Assembly: GCA_951406725.2 (NCBI GenBank)
Contig: OX597828.1
Span: 41,974,001 to 42,038,000, forward strand
DNA length: 64,000 bases
From: Octopus vulgaris
Taxonomy: Eukaryota
Reading direction: 5' to 3'
The notes under the pieces were generated by a model, which worked only from the letters and a program-made list of their open reading frames with translations, was not told the DNA's origin and did not search any database. The translations under genes and the position numbers were made by a program. Below are positions 1-13,747 of this stretch, piece by piece. The first letter of the stretch is position 1, and the number at the start of each line of letters is the position of its first letter.

Positions 1-70
1 GGTGGAATACAAACAAACAATTGTATTAGTATGGCGCTCAGGAATAGAAATAAAACAAGTCTTTTACGTT
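1..70 (-). mobile_element. Fragment of the minimal-HHR repeat family (same as 17055-17395 and 49385-49560), truncated inside the GAAACGTA box
   Basis: tgtattagtatggcgctcaggaatagaaa...agtcttttacgtt matches the reverse complement of 49460-49520. Confidence 0.55.
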
Positions 71-239
71 GCAAACCGGTGTCACTTTGTTAACGTTCCC
101 GTAAATTAGGGGTCGATAGAATAAATACCAGGCTTAAAAATGTAACACCGACAAGACTGCCCCAACATGGCCACAACCCTAAGTAAAAAATAAGAAAAAA
201 TGACACAAGTAAAAAATAAATGATAAAAGATTACAGATT

Positions 240-402
240 CATCGTAATTAGACTGTGACCATGCTGGGGCACCACTTTGAAAACTTTTATTCAATCAGTC
301 ACTTTTGGCGAACCACTAAGTTACGCGGACGCAAACACACCAGCACCGGTTGTCAAGCGATAGCGGGGAACAAATACTGCTACAAAAACACACATACACA
401 CA

Positions 403-459
<57 letters not shown>

Positions 460-972
460 AAATATTTGGGAATAAATCCAAACTTACAGGGAAAAATCAG
501 ATTTAGGATTAAATCCAATTTTATAGTAAAATATTATATTATATTAAATTAGAGATAAAACCACTATTAAGCAAATCATACAATGAAAAACTTAAGCCAA
601 TACATAAGATTAATTAATTTATATTATTTAAATATATAACAAAATTATTAAAAAAGATAATTAATATTAATTATCTTTTTTAATAATTTTGTTATATATA
701 TAAATAATATAAATTAATTAATCTTATGTATTGGCTTAAGTTTTTCATTGTATGATTTGCTTAATAGTGGTTTTATCTCTAATTTAATATAATATATATA
801 GATATAGATATATATATAAGACGGGCTTCTTTCATTTTCCGCCTACCAAATTCACTCACAAGGCTTTGGTCGGCACGAGGCTATAGCAGAAGACTTTTGC
901 TCATGGTGCCACGCAGTGGAACCGAACCCGGAACCGTGTGGTTTGGAAGCAAGCTTTTTACTAACAGGGCCA
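240..972 (-). mobile_element. SINE family A copy, split by an insertion in its internal (TA)n tract
   Basis: The 3' part at 240-455 and the 5' part at 800-972 both match the family A copy at 49701-50098. Confidence 0.75.
535..796. repeat. 262-bp spacerless palindrome inside an AT-rich insert (455-800)
   Basis: Centre lies between 665 and 666 (gataattaat|attaattatc). The arms are reverse complements with one mismatch. Confidence 0.92.
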
Positions 973-2112
973 CGGTTATCTTTTGAAATGAATGACCAAC
1001 CAGTAAGCAATTGCGACATTGCATCATGTTGGTGCTCCATTTTTTCCACGTAGATATAAAATGCATGTCAACAACCTACACATTGAGTTAGACTTGTATA
1101 TCTCCTTAAACCTCTTGGAACAGCTGTGGTCCTTTCCTTGGGAAAATCTTGGGGCCTTTTACTTATTTGCTATCTTTTTTGCACTCATTCATTCAATTTC
1201 TCACCCTCTATCTTTTTCTCGCTTTCTTCCTTTTGAGTGTGTGTATATATATATATATATATATATTATGCATTGAAAGGCTTACATACCCATGGCTGAA
1301 TAAATAAGGTATATGCAAGTGTTTGTGTGTGTGTGTATGAGTGTATTCTTGAAAGCCAGGTTACGGTGACATCTTTGAATCTGGACGAGTATGTATATAT
1401 ATATATATATATATATACATATATAGATACATATGTATACAAATATAGATGTACATATTCACACAGATATATCTATATATATATATATATATATATACAT
1501 ATATATACATATATACATATATATACATATACATATATATATATATACATATATACATATATATACATATACATATATATATAAATACATATATATAAAT
1601 ACATATATATGTATATACATATATATATAGGCATATATGTATATATATACATATATAAATGCATATATGTATATATATACATATATACGCATATATGTAT
1701 ATATATGCATATATATACATATACACACGCACATATATATATATACACTTATACACACATAAACACACAAACACATATACTTACACACATGCATACATAT
1801 AAATACGTACGTATATATATCTATATCTGTAGTTATGTTTGTATTTATCTACATGAATGTGTGCGTGTGTGTATACACTCACACACACATATATGCCTCT
1901 CTCTCTCTGTATATATATGTGTGTGTATGTGTGTGTATGTACACGCGTGTGCTTCAACGCAACTACATATAAATATACATCATTACATCTACTGCCACAC
2001 AAATGTGTTAAAGAGAGAGAGAAAGAAAGAAAGAAATTGAGACAGAAAGAGAAAGAGAAAGTACTCACATTTATTTATATAAATACATACATAGATACAT
2101 AGATACATATAC

Positions 2113-2157
<45 letters not shown>

Positions 2158-2873
2158 CTCATATATTCACATACATATATACATATATATATACATGCAT
2201 ATATACACATATATATGTATGTATATATATATATATGTGTGTGTGTGTATGTGTGTATATGTATGTATGTATGTATATATATATATATACGATATTTATG
2301 TACGCGAAGTTATATAACTCGGTATTCATAGAAGAAACATATATGTATATGTATGCGTATGTGAATACATATGTATGTATATAATTGTGTGTATATGTGT
2401 GCATATGTGTGTATGTGTGTGTGTGTGTGTGTGTATGTGTGTGTGTATACGTGTTCACAACTATTGTGGTTCCGTACAAAGGACATCTTGATTTCGCGAG
2501 AACAGTAAAAAAAGAGATGTGGGACGGTGTGTGTGTGGGTGGAGAAAACAGATTTTGTCGGCAAAACGGTTTAAGATTGTTCTGAGGTCAAGTAAATTCT
2601 TTGTGACATTGGCATTAACAAAGATTCCGCTACCGATTCTTTACAATATGCACAAAAGAGCCAGATGGTGATATGGTGGAACAGAAGACGTATTTCAATG
2701 AAAAGGTTAAGACATCCATTCTTTATATATATTTGTATTTCATTGTTAAAATCTGAAATGAATATATATTTATAAACACTAATAGTCGCAGATGTTATCG
2801 ATTATGCAACGCTGTATGATGTTATGATTGCGTTGATTACAAAATAGGTAAATAAATGAATGAATGATAAAAG

Positions 2874-2904
<31 letters not shown>

Positions 2905-3010
2905 ACGAAAAAAACCCCCAAACAAATGAATAAATAAATAAATAAATAAATAAATGCACTAGCTTTGAATATGTGATGTTGTTGTTGCTGTTATCGTAAT
3001 ATCAGATTTA

Positions 3011-3047
<37 letters not shown>

Positions 3048-3389
3048 CGATTACTAAGATGATGGTTAATGGTGGCGGTGGCGGTGATGATGGTGGTGGT
3101 GGTGGTGGTGGTGGTGGTGGTGGTGGTGGTGGTGGTTGTGGTGGAGATGATCGTGATGATAACGATGACGATGATGATGGCGGGCGACAACTACGACAGT
3201 GATGATGACGATAATGACTACGGCGAGGACGACGACGATAACGATGATGATGATGATGATGATGATAATGATGTCGATGGTGGTGGTGGTGGCGGTGGTG
3301 GTGGTGGTGGTGGTGACAGTGACGATGATGATGGTGGTGATGTTGATAATGATCATGATGACGATGAGAAAGATGTTTTCTGTGCAAGC

Positions 3390-3612
3390 ACATAAAATCC
3401 TACAAGGGGCCAAACACAGAGAGGACAAACAAGGACAGACAAACGGATTAATTCGATTACATCGACCCCAATGCGTAACTGGTACTTAATTTATCGACCT
3501 CGAAAGGATGAAAGGCAAAGTCGACCTCGGCGGAATTTGAACTCAGAACGTAGCGACGGGCGAAATACCGCTAAGCATTTCGCCCGGCGTGCTAACGATT
3601 CTGCCGGCTCGT
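3390..3612 (-). mobile_element. SINE family B copy
   Basis: Matches 27263-27496, including gaaaggatgaaaggcaaagtcgacctcggcggaatttgaactc. Confidence 0.85.
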
Positions 3613-4169
3613 AAAATCCGTCCTGAATAAGCGGATCTATGATCGAAGACGTTCCAACCGTGACCCTCCAATCAAACTCCTTTATTGAAACAATGTATCT
3701 AGTACTTCATTACCCATTGCGACCTTCCCATTGTGAACGGGGTACGGCAAAATTTTAGGGAGATTAGACTTAGCTGTGATTCACAGTAGATAAAGAGATT
3801 GCACAGAATGAGGCCATGTAGAAAGCGTGGCATATATCCATAAAGGACAAGGTGGACTTAGGAAACTTAGATGACATGTTACATAATTGCATCAGAAAAT
3901 TGGACTGAGGGTAATAAATAAGAATTATATAAAATTTAGAAATGTTGAAAATATGGTAGACTCACACATGCAAACATACGTACGTACATACATGCATATA
4001 TATATATATGTGTGTGTGTGTCTGTACGTGCGTATAATACAATAATAACTAATATATATTCGATTTAAAGCGACATTTATGTATACACAAATTGACTGAA
4101 AAATGATGAGCTAACCCTAGAAATAGTCGCTTTCTCTCCGTAACTTACAAATCCTTCTGGTTTACTCTG

Positions 4170-4360
4170 TTACTTGTTTCAGTCATTTGACTGCGGCCAT
4201 GCTGGAGCACCGCCTTTAGTCGAGCAAATCGACCCCAGGACTTATTCTTTGGAAGCCTAGTACTTATTCTATCGGTCACTTTTACCGAACTGCTAAGTTA
4301 CGGAGACGTAAATACACCAGCATCGGTTGTCAAGCGATGCTGGAGGGACAAGCACAGATA

Positions 4361-4438
<78 letters not shown>

Positions 4439-4612
4439 CATATATACGACGGGCTTGTTTCAGTTTCCGTCTACCAAATCCACTCACAAGGATTTGGTCG
4501 GCCCGAGGCTATAGTAGAAGACACCTGCCCAAAGTGCCACGCAGTGGGAATGAACCCGGAACCATGTGATTCGTAAGCAAACTACTTACCACACGGCCAC
4601 TCCTACGCCTAT
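4170..4612 (-). mobile_element. SINE family A, full-length
   Basis: tRNA-like head with B box (ggttccgggttcattccc), CORE-like ggcac.ttgggcaggtgtctt, internal (TA)/(GT) tract and tail atgactgaaacaagta. Confidence 0.88.
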
Positions 4613-4641
4613 AAATATTGTTTATGAATATTATATGTATG

Positions 4642-4711
<70 letters not shown>

Positions 4712-4818
4712 GTTAAATGTGCAACCACGTGTATAAATATAAAGAAACTAGTATTTGTTTTTTTTATAAGCGCCGAAATATGTATAAAAGCATCTAGAAA
4801 GCGAAATGATTCGTCGGC

Positions 4819-4895
4819 GGACAGTTTAGCTTAATGGTAAAGCACCTAACCGGAGTCATATGAAGAGATATGGGTTCGAGTCCTATAGGTAGTCG
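4819..4895 (+). pseudogene. tRNA-like sequence (tRNA pseudogene or SINE head)
   Basis: A box tagcttaatgg and B box ggttcgagtcc are present, but the acceptor and anticodon stems pair poorly. Confidence 0.4.
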
Positions 4896-5220
4896 TTCAC
4901 AAATTTTTCCACTTTGGAAGGGTAGTTGACCCAATGTGCTTGCTGTGCTAATGGCGTCTCTGCGTTCGAAAATAAATTATCATCTTATTCGTATCTATAT
5001 ACACATTTCGGTGCAAATAGAAGAAAATAAATGTTTGCTAGTTTATAAACATAAACACTTGCTTTTTCTTTTCTAAGCACAGAAATATGTATATAAATAC
5101 TAATATATATATACTTAATTGAAAAGCAGCAAAAATATCACAAAAACTGCATATTACTCTACCTCTGATATTTGAGTACAATTTTTTCTATCTCGTTTCG
5201 CATTTATGTGCTTACTCAGG

Positions 5221-5307
<87 letters not shown>

Positions 5308-5314
5308 GTATATA

Positions 5315-5869
5315 TTGGCAGGGCTGGCCTGCTAGGTAGCCGGCCAGAATGCTAGAAGAAGATCATCAACGATCAAACTACAAGGGAATTCTCTAGAGGA
5401 AGAATTCAGCGAACACCAGAACCAACTTTGGCGGGCAGGACATATGAAAAATTAAATAAATAACAGACTTAAATGCATACCTCGGTTTCGGTCTTAACAA
5501 AAGAATTACTTGCATAACTCAAGTGTCCGTGACTTCTTCAGCACATTCGGTCCTCGTGATGCAAACCGCAAGACTAACCCCAGCTCTCTGTGTCAAGACA
5601 GAAACGTGCTCAGTCTTACTGATTACATCGGGAATAAAATTTGAAATGTCTTGGTTCTGGCGCGCTGAGAGACTCTTGAAGCGAAGGGCTGCAGTGAATA
5701 ATTCACTGCGGGTAGTGCTTACAACTAGGGAACGTATTTATTTAAATATTTAAAAATTGAGGAGATAAATTAATATTAATTTTAATATCAATTTAAAACC
5801 AGTAGTCCAGCATTCAAAAAATCTGAGGAGTCAGAGAAAATTCAAATATATGTGTATATTGGCAGGGCT
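5315..5869 (-). mobile_element. (TA)n-flanked ~544-bp HHR-bearing element with short terminal redundancy (retrozyme-like monomer)
   Basis: ttggcagggct occurs at both 5315 and 5859, TA runs flank both sides, and an HHR lies at 5471-5548. Confidence 0.65.
5471..5548 (-). ncRNA. Type I hammerhead ribozyme motif, slightly decayed
   Basis: Minus strand reads GAAUGUG-CUGAAGA-AGUC...GACC-GAAAC-CGAG-GUA^UGCAUUU. Stem I is GAAUGUG/UGCAUUU and there is an A.C mismatch at the base of stem II. Confidence 0.7.
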
Positions 5870-5889
5870 ATATATATATATATGTATCA

Positions 5890-6768
5890 GGTATTAGCCA
5901 CAAAAAAGTATTAAGTCGAAGCCTAATGTTTTCTTTGATTTTGTGAAAGAAACAACCTCAGTATACTATAAGATTGAGTCCTTCTTCCAAAAAGTTCGCT
6001 CTATCTCGCACAAAAAAACTAAGGAAAATAAACGAAATACTGAACAAGCTATTCAAAAGTGTTTTCACTACCACTTTGAGACACAAGAAAATAAACAAAC
6101 CAGCGGAATTCTTTTGCCACTACACCGGTTGCTAAGAAGGCAATAATAATCGATTCCATCGAGGTCAAAGGAGAAGTAATGCTGATCAAAGATGATTTAG
6201 ATGCAAACTCACCTTCTGATGCTGATAGATCCCTTCCAATTTTTCTCAGATACGCAAACGAGCCCTTGCAAAATCACAGCAGCTTCTTTTTCAGAGCTTC
6301 CTTCCAAGTGGTAAGCTATCCAGAGAAATTGGAGGAAGAATAATATGCCCTATCCGCAAAAGAGGGAGCAGAGTAGATGAAAAAATTATAGGCTATCTCT
6401 CTGACCTCAGGGATCAGTAATGTTATGGAATGAATCGTCCAAAGGACATTAATTGCACCTTTGGAGTGAGTAATTGGCTTACTGCCACCCAGGAGGATTT
6501 CGACCAGGTAGAAGTTGCCTGACACAGCTCTTACAGCACTACGACTCGGTGTTAAGGCAGCTCTTCAACAACTCAAATATGGATGTGATATGTCTCGACT
6601 GCACAAAAGCCTTCGATAAAGTCAACCATACTGTGATATGTCAAGCTACGTGGTCTCGGCATAGACGAAAAACTTGCAGTGTGGCTGCATGACTTCTTAA
6701 AAGTCAAGCGGTGGTGGCTAATAGAGCCACCTCTAAGGAAACACAAATAGTGGGTCGTGTTCTACAGG
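5890..6768 (+). pseudogene. Decayed CR1/L2/Jockey-group LINE reverse transcriptase fragment
   Basis: GFRPGRSCLTQLL...MDVICLDCTKAFDKVNH (RT motifs), plus a frameshifted NYRPISLTS-like motif near 6385. Confidence 0.85.
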
Positions 6769-6769
6769 T

Positions 6770-7400
6770 CAAAAGTGCATCATCCTTGTATAAACCTCCT
6801 CCTATTTCTGGGAGTTCCTTATACAAGCAGAATAAAATGTATATCCCTACTATGTCTGTGCAGAGTCTGTCAATCCCGTAATTATATCAAACATTTCTGG
6901 TCTATCTTTTCTCACCCAGTACTTTCCCTCAAATTTTATTTCCTAGCCGCTAAAATAATGTCTACTTCTACTCTAGTAAGTGTTGAGTTTTTCATAGCAA
7001 CCATGAGCACATTATTTGAGAGGATAGGATTAAATAAAGCATAATAGTTAGATATGTTTATTTGCATGAATCTTGTCTTATTTTTGTCAGGGGTTTTAGT
7101 AAATCAGTCAATTACCTCATTTGAACTTGCCTGTAGTTTAAGGTTAATGGCATTCCTAAATGTGGTTATGTACTTATCTATGATAAACTTACTTATCCTA
7201 CTAAGTTTCCATTTAGAAGGACAAATGAGTCTAACAGTAGGGTTAGTGTAAAAGTTAGGTTTATGGTCCTTAAGATTAATTCTAGAGGTTTTACACTCGT
7301 AAGGTTCGATTTTATCTGTTAAATTATATTTTTCCATAATACATTTAACTTGCAGGTTACGTTGTGTAAGGGTGTTAGGATTCGTGACTTCATAATTTTT
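6770..7400 (-). pseudogene. Decayed Penelope-like element (PLE) reverse transcriptase fragment
   Basis: KDHKPNFYTNPTVRLICPSK..LSRISKFIID...NEVID*F...KTRFMQINISNYY, then FDIITG..DSAQ and YKDDAL. These follow PLE RT motifs, with stops and frameshifts. Confidence 0.8.
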
Positions 7401-7574
7401 AGTTGAGTGCGGTGGTGAATTAGTAGCGAGCGAGAAGCGTTCAGGAGCGGCGATGGAATTGGTACATTACAACTTGTATGTCTTTTCACATCATCAGTTG
7501 CAAGGGCACTTTGTGTCGGCTATTGATACACTTCTGTCCCATTTTAGCATTATAAAAAAACAACAACTACAACA

Positions 7575-7790
7575 ATCATTTCTACCAAAGGCACAAGGCT
7601 TGAAATTTTGGGCCAAGTGTTAAGTCGATTACATCGACCCCAGTACACCACTGGTATTTAATTTATCGACACTGAAAGGATGAAAAGCAAAGTCGACCTC
7701 GGTGGAATTTGAACTCAGAACATGAAGACAGACGAAATTTCGCTAAGCCTTTTTCCAGTCGTGCTAACGATTCTACCAGCTTAGCGTCCT
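7575..7790 (-). mobile_element. SINE family B variant (alternative 3' tail)
   Basis: Shares the family B core. The tail is ggcacaaggcttgaaatttt. Similar copies lie at 9210-9428 (-), 25830-26005 (+) and 57268-57465 (+). Confidence 0.8.
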
Positions 7791-7812
7791 AAATAATAAC
7801 ACCAGCAGCAGC

Positions 7813-7858
<46 letters not shown>

Positions 7859-7917
7859 GCAGCAGCAGCAGCAGCAGCAGCAACAGCAACATCAACAATA
7901 ATGATGATGATAGTAGT

Positions 7918-8441
7918 AATGGCTTCTTATTTTAACTGATTGGAAGTGTTATCATGTACATTGTTTTGTCTTGATATAAAAGAAGGGCTACAGCAAATAT
8001 TCTGCTCAATACTTCAGAATTGCTTGTCAGTTGTTTGACCTTAACCAGTTTAGCATGTCCCTTGGTGGCTGACGATATGTGCATCTCTGATCACTAGCAG
8101 AATTAGTGGGTGAGCATCATAGCCGCGTGTTGAAAGGAATTCTTTGGGGTTTGAATAATTCACCTCTGAAAACATGGGTGTTTCGTTCATCATCCTTAAA
8201 TAACCCTTATTTAGGAATCTTTTCAGCGGGATGAGCTACTCAACCTGAAGAAAATTCTAACTGGGCCCCACCTGCAAGGTCATGTGCTGTTTATGTTGAT
8301 ATGAGATAACCATGTCACGCACATATTGTTGTGACGTACGTATGGTGTACCCTTATTGGATGGGTAGTCATGATGGGTATACTGGGCTTCGTATATTTGT
8401 ACCCTAGTGTCACTTTGATGGCATGCGCTGCATTTTCACTC
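7918..8441 (+). mobile_element. ~520-bp non-coding retroposon ending in (AAT)n (family F)
   Basis: Homologous to 41645-42172 and 43330-43915. It ends ...ctcactc(aat)n. Confidence 0.8.
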
Positions 8442-8497
<56 letters not shown>

Positions 8498-8551
8498 TTA
8501 TTCCCCCTTTGCTCAGAAAAGTTTAACAGACAAGTTCTCCGTGCAGTTCGC

Positions 8552-9015
<464 letters not shown>

Positions 9016-9144
9016 TCGTTCGTTTATTGGCCACAAGGGCTAACAAATCTCAATTAAAACATAAAGGGACAAAACACAGGACGAAAGTTACAAAGGGTTT
9101 TGTCGGTTTGAAATAATGATAATAATAATAATAATAATAATAAC

Positions 9145-9210
<66 letters not shown>

Positions 9211-10183
9211 TATGTCTACTATAGGCACAAGGCCTGAAATTTTAGTGGAGAGGACAAGTCCATTTCATTAACCTCAGTGTTCCACTGGTACTTATTTTAT
9301 CGATCCCGAAAGGATGAAAGGCAAAGTCGATCTCGACAGAATTTGAACTCGGAACATGTGAACAGACGAAATGTCGCTTGGCATTTTGTCGTCCGGCGTG
9401 CAAACGATTCTGTGAGCTCGCCGCCTTCACCTCAGCAATAACAAGAACAACAACGACAACAATAACAACAACAACAACAATGATAATAATAGCAGCAGCA
9501 GCAACAGTAGCAGCAGCAGCAATGACAATTAATAACCTCTACGAAAAAATACTCTACAGGCTGCCTAATACTGGAATAATATCTGCTGTGGCAGCGATCT
9601 GAAGATATTTGAAATCTAAGGAAGTAATCCTAGCAATTAATGGCCACCAATAAATTCTTCCTCGAAATATCAACGTTGCGGTTTTTTTTTTCATCCGTAT
9701 TTGTTTTTAGCTGTTTTTTATCTCTTCTTATTTCTTTTTCCTTTTCTTCTTTTCTCTTTTTTTCTCGATATTCTTTCTGCTTCTTTAAATCATTCACACA
9801 TCGCCATTTATTATCTTTTTTACCATCACTATATGAACAATTTATTTGCTCAAATGTTGACTATCTGCCTACAAAAAGTAGTCATTTCACACACACAAAC
9901 ACACACACACATACACACACACACACATAATCACACACACACACACACACACACATAATCTCATGCACACAAATACATGAATGCATGCAGTGCTTTCAAA
10001 CACTACTATATAGACATATAGTTACACACACACACACACACACACATACACACATATATACACATACACATATATACAAACATATATATACATACACATA
10101 TATATACACACACACATACACTCACATATATATGTTCATATGTATGATTTATAAGTGTGTATGTATGTGTATATATATATATG

Positions 10184-10261
<78 letters not shown>

Positions 10262-11012
10262 TATATGTGTGTGTGCGCGCATGCACATGTGTGTATATAT
10301 GAGTATGTGTGTGTCTGTGTGTCTCTGTGTGTGTGTGTGTGTGTGTGCATATAAAATTTATTTTTTCAGTTGGTAATGTTTTCTAGTTGTATTTTGTTCT
10401 TGTTCTGGTTGCTGTGCATAGCATATGCATTTATTTACCTGTTTTGTTTATTTCTGATTTCTTTTTTTTTAATGTTTTGGTCGATGTTTAGATTATTATT
10501 GTTTGTTATTTACATATTTTTGGGTGTAAGCCAAACACGCCAGCACATCATTAAGACTAAGACTTCTCCCCTTCCGCAGCAACATCACGCCTCAACTCTC
10601 TCCCCTGCTTTCCTCCCAACCATCATCGTTCTCACAAACATTTTATTCACACAGCGGTAAGCATGTTTGACAGGTTTGCGAACTGCACGGAGAACTTGTC
10701 TGTTAAGCTTTTCTGAACACGGTCCAAAGGGGGAATAATCAATCTTTAACCAATGTACCGCTCTTCTGTTTTTGGAGATAGAAGAAACAGATGTTGCGAA
10801 ACGTTCGTTTGCTCACGGGTGTTCAGAGTGAATGCATACTGCAATAGATGGCTGTTCCAGTGTAAAGAAGAGAGAATTAACTGTAGGAATCAACACGCAG
10901 GACAGGTCATCATTATTACCACGATAAACGGACAGACGTCGGCGGTGTCGGTTTGAAAACGTACGTACAAGGCGTACGGACGTGTGTATGCATAACGACG
11001 TGTGTGTGTGTA

Positions 11013-11047
<35 letters not shown>

Positions 11048-11238
11048 GTACATATATATATATATGTATATACATATATAGGTATATATATATATGGCGT
11101 ACGGACGTATGTATGCATAACGACGTGTGTGTGAGTGTGTATATATATACATACATATATATATATATATGTATATACATATATACATATATATATATAT
11201 GTATATAAATATATATATATATTATATAAATATAAATA

Positions 11239-11288
<50 letters not shown>

Positions 11289-11295
11289 CATACAT

Positions 11296-11426
<131 letters not shown>

Positions 11427-11524
11427 TATATCTGCCTTGCTTGTAATGCACAATGTAGGTTTATAGAACATATACGAAGAACTTTCACCGTAGCAATACA
11501 TGTATACACACGCACGCATTCCTT

Positions 11525-11710
11525 TATTCTTTTATTTGTTTCAGTCATTCGACTTTGGCCATGCAGGAGCAGCGCCTTTACTCGAACAAATCGACCCCAG
11601 GACTTATTCTTTGTATGGCTAGTACTTATTCTATCGAGCTATTTTGCCGAACCGCTAGGTTACGGGCACGTAAACACACGAACATCGGTTCTCAAGCGAT
11701 CGTAGGGGAA
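11525..11710 (-). mobile_element. SINE family A, 3' fragment
   Basis: Matches the family A tail. Confidence 0.7.
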
Positions 11711-11756
11711 GAGAGGGAGAGAAAGAAAAATAAATAGATAGAAATATAGGTAGGTT

Positions 11757-11806
<50 letters not shown>

Positions 11807-11809
11807 AGG

Positions 11810-11897
<88 letters not shown>

Positions 11898-11898
<1 letters not shown>

Positions 11899-12980
11899 TG
11901 TTTCTTTATTAGCCACACAGGGCTGCACACAGATAGAACAAATTACAAGGTAGAGCTTTTCTTTTGAAGGGTTAAAAAAAAAAAAAAAGGAAGGGGGAGT
12001 TTCGATCAAAAGGGATCGTAAAAGGAGAGAAAGAGGACAAAAAAGGGGGGTTAAAAAAAAGGGGGAGAGGAAAAAAATTGATCAATAGGGATCGTTATCA
12101 CAGAAATGTCAATATGAAGTGTAAAGGGGAGGACAGGTGAGGTTTACCCGTGGAAAGAAAAGCCTACGGAAAAGACCACGGTAACCTCGGTCAATGAAGT
12201 CACATTTTATATTTCTTTTTTTTTTTTTTTGCAAATAAGCAACTCTCTGTTTTCGATTTCTGGGTTCATAGGACTATGCTCAAGGTGGCTTCGTCATTCA
12301 TACGTGCCATTCTTGCTACATTCACCCATCTTTTTTTAAAACATTCGCTAGACAAAACTTGCCTCTCTACTCTCACTTTCCTTTTCAAGTGGTACTTGAA
12401 GAAGTTGATGAGAGATTGACCAGAGAGGAAAGTGTTTGTCTCCAATCCTTTCAGACGCGTCCACCAGATACATTCTTTCGCCATAGCCACAAGGATGATG
12501 AAAATAGCTCTTCCTTCCCGTTTGAAGGAAGGAGGCGTGACAATATTGACGATAGACTCAGCTGATAAACCGACTCGTCCCACACGTGACAGCAGTTGTT
12601 CGACATAAGCCCACAGGTCGGAAATTGTTGGACACTGAACGAGTGCGTGCAGAACGGTTTCGTCGCTCTGACCGCATCTCGGGCAGGTCGGCCCCGTGTT
12701 TCTCGAGCCGTGTCTGTAGAGCTTATCCCGAACGGGTAGCGCTTCTCGGTAGCACTGCCAGGCCAGGGATCTCTGGAAGTTGTCCATGGGCCCTGGCCCG
12801 AAAGTCGTCCTGAACAGGCGGGTCAGGTACTCCTCGTCGACGTCCAGGTTCGCCCCGAGCTCGTCGTCGTACCTCCCCTCCACTAAACCCCTATAGAATG
12901 CTTTGGTTGTGTTGAAGTCACTTAAGGTCGACCCAGGACGGCAGAGTTGCTTGAGAGCAACGCGACACTCGCGGTGCCAT
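11898..12980 (-). mobile_element. 5'-truncated Tx1/L1-clade LINE: zf-RVT C-terminus (open frame 12266-12979) plus 3' UTR, inserted in (TAGA)n
   Basis: FQRSLAWQCYREALPVRDKL...CPRCGQSDETVLHALVQCP (CCHC zf-RVT). The frame is uninterrupted and TAGA arrays lie on both sides. Confidence 0.9.
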
Positions 12981-13033
12981 AGATAGATAGATAGATTGAT
13001 TGATTGATTGATTGATAGATAGATAGATAGATT

Positions 13034-13088
<55 letters not shown>

Positions 13089-13097
13089 TGATTGATT

Positions 13098-13165
<68 letters not shown>

Positions 13166-13324
13166 GATAGATGAGACACGTATACATGCATTAACTATTA
13201 TACCTGCATTCATGTACACCAGAAACACAAGTTGATTGTTTCTCTTGTGAAGGTCAAGCTGGAGCACTGTCTTTTGTACATAAGTTAAAGTAATTCGTAC
13301 ACCACTGACATATCTATCAATCGT

Positions 13325-13468
<144 letters not shown>

Positions 13469-13557
13469 AGGAAAATAAGACAAGGTAGAAAATGCCAAAA
13501 TAATTTTATCATTAAAATTATTTCACCATTTTCTACCTTGTCTTACATATCAACTCG

Positions 13558-13687
13558 TACCAACCACATGGTTCCGGTTTCAGTCCCACTGCGTGGCACC
13601 TTGGGCAAGTGTCTTCTACTATAGCCTCGGCCCAATCAAAGCCTTGTGAGTGGATTTGGTAGACGGAAACTGAAAGAAGTCCCTCGA

Positions 13688-13747
<60 letters not shown>

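Noticed and set aside
5190-5220. Minus-strand CTGAGTA...GAAAC
   Set aside because: G8 is altered and neither stem I nor stem III forms.
10579-10657. Possible small exon (pyrimidine-rich cag acceptor, gtaagc donor)
   Set aside because: No recognisable peptide or partner exons. RNA-seq would be needed.
10970-11135. ~38-bp direct duplication (10971-11010 and 11096-11133)
   Set aside because: Most simply explained as a slippage duplication within microsatellite-rich DNA.
12980-13267. N-terminus of the 333-aa ORF
   Set aside because: It is read-through of (TATC)n. Only 12266-12979 is LINE protein.
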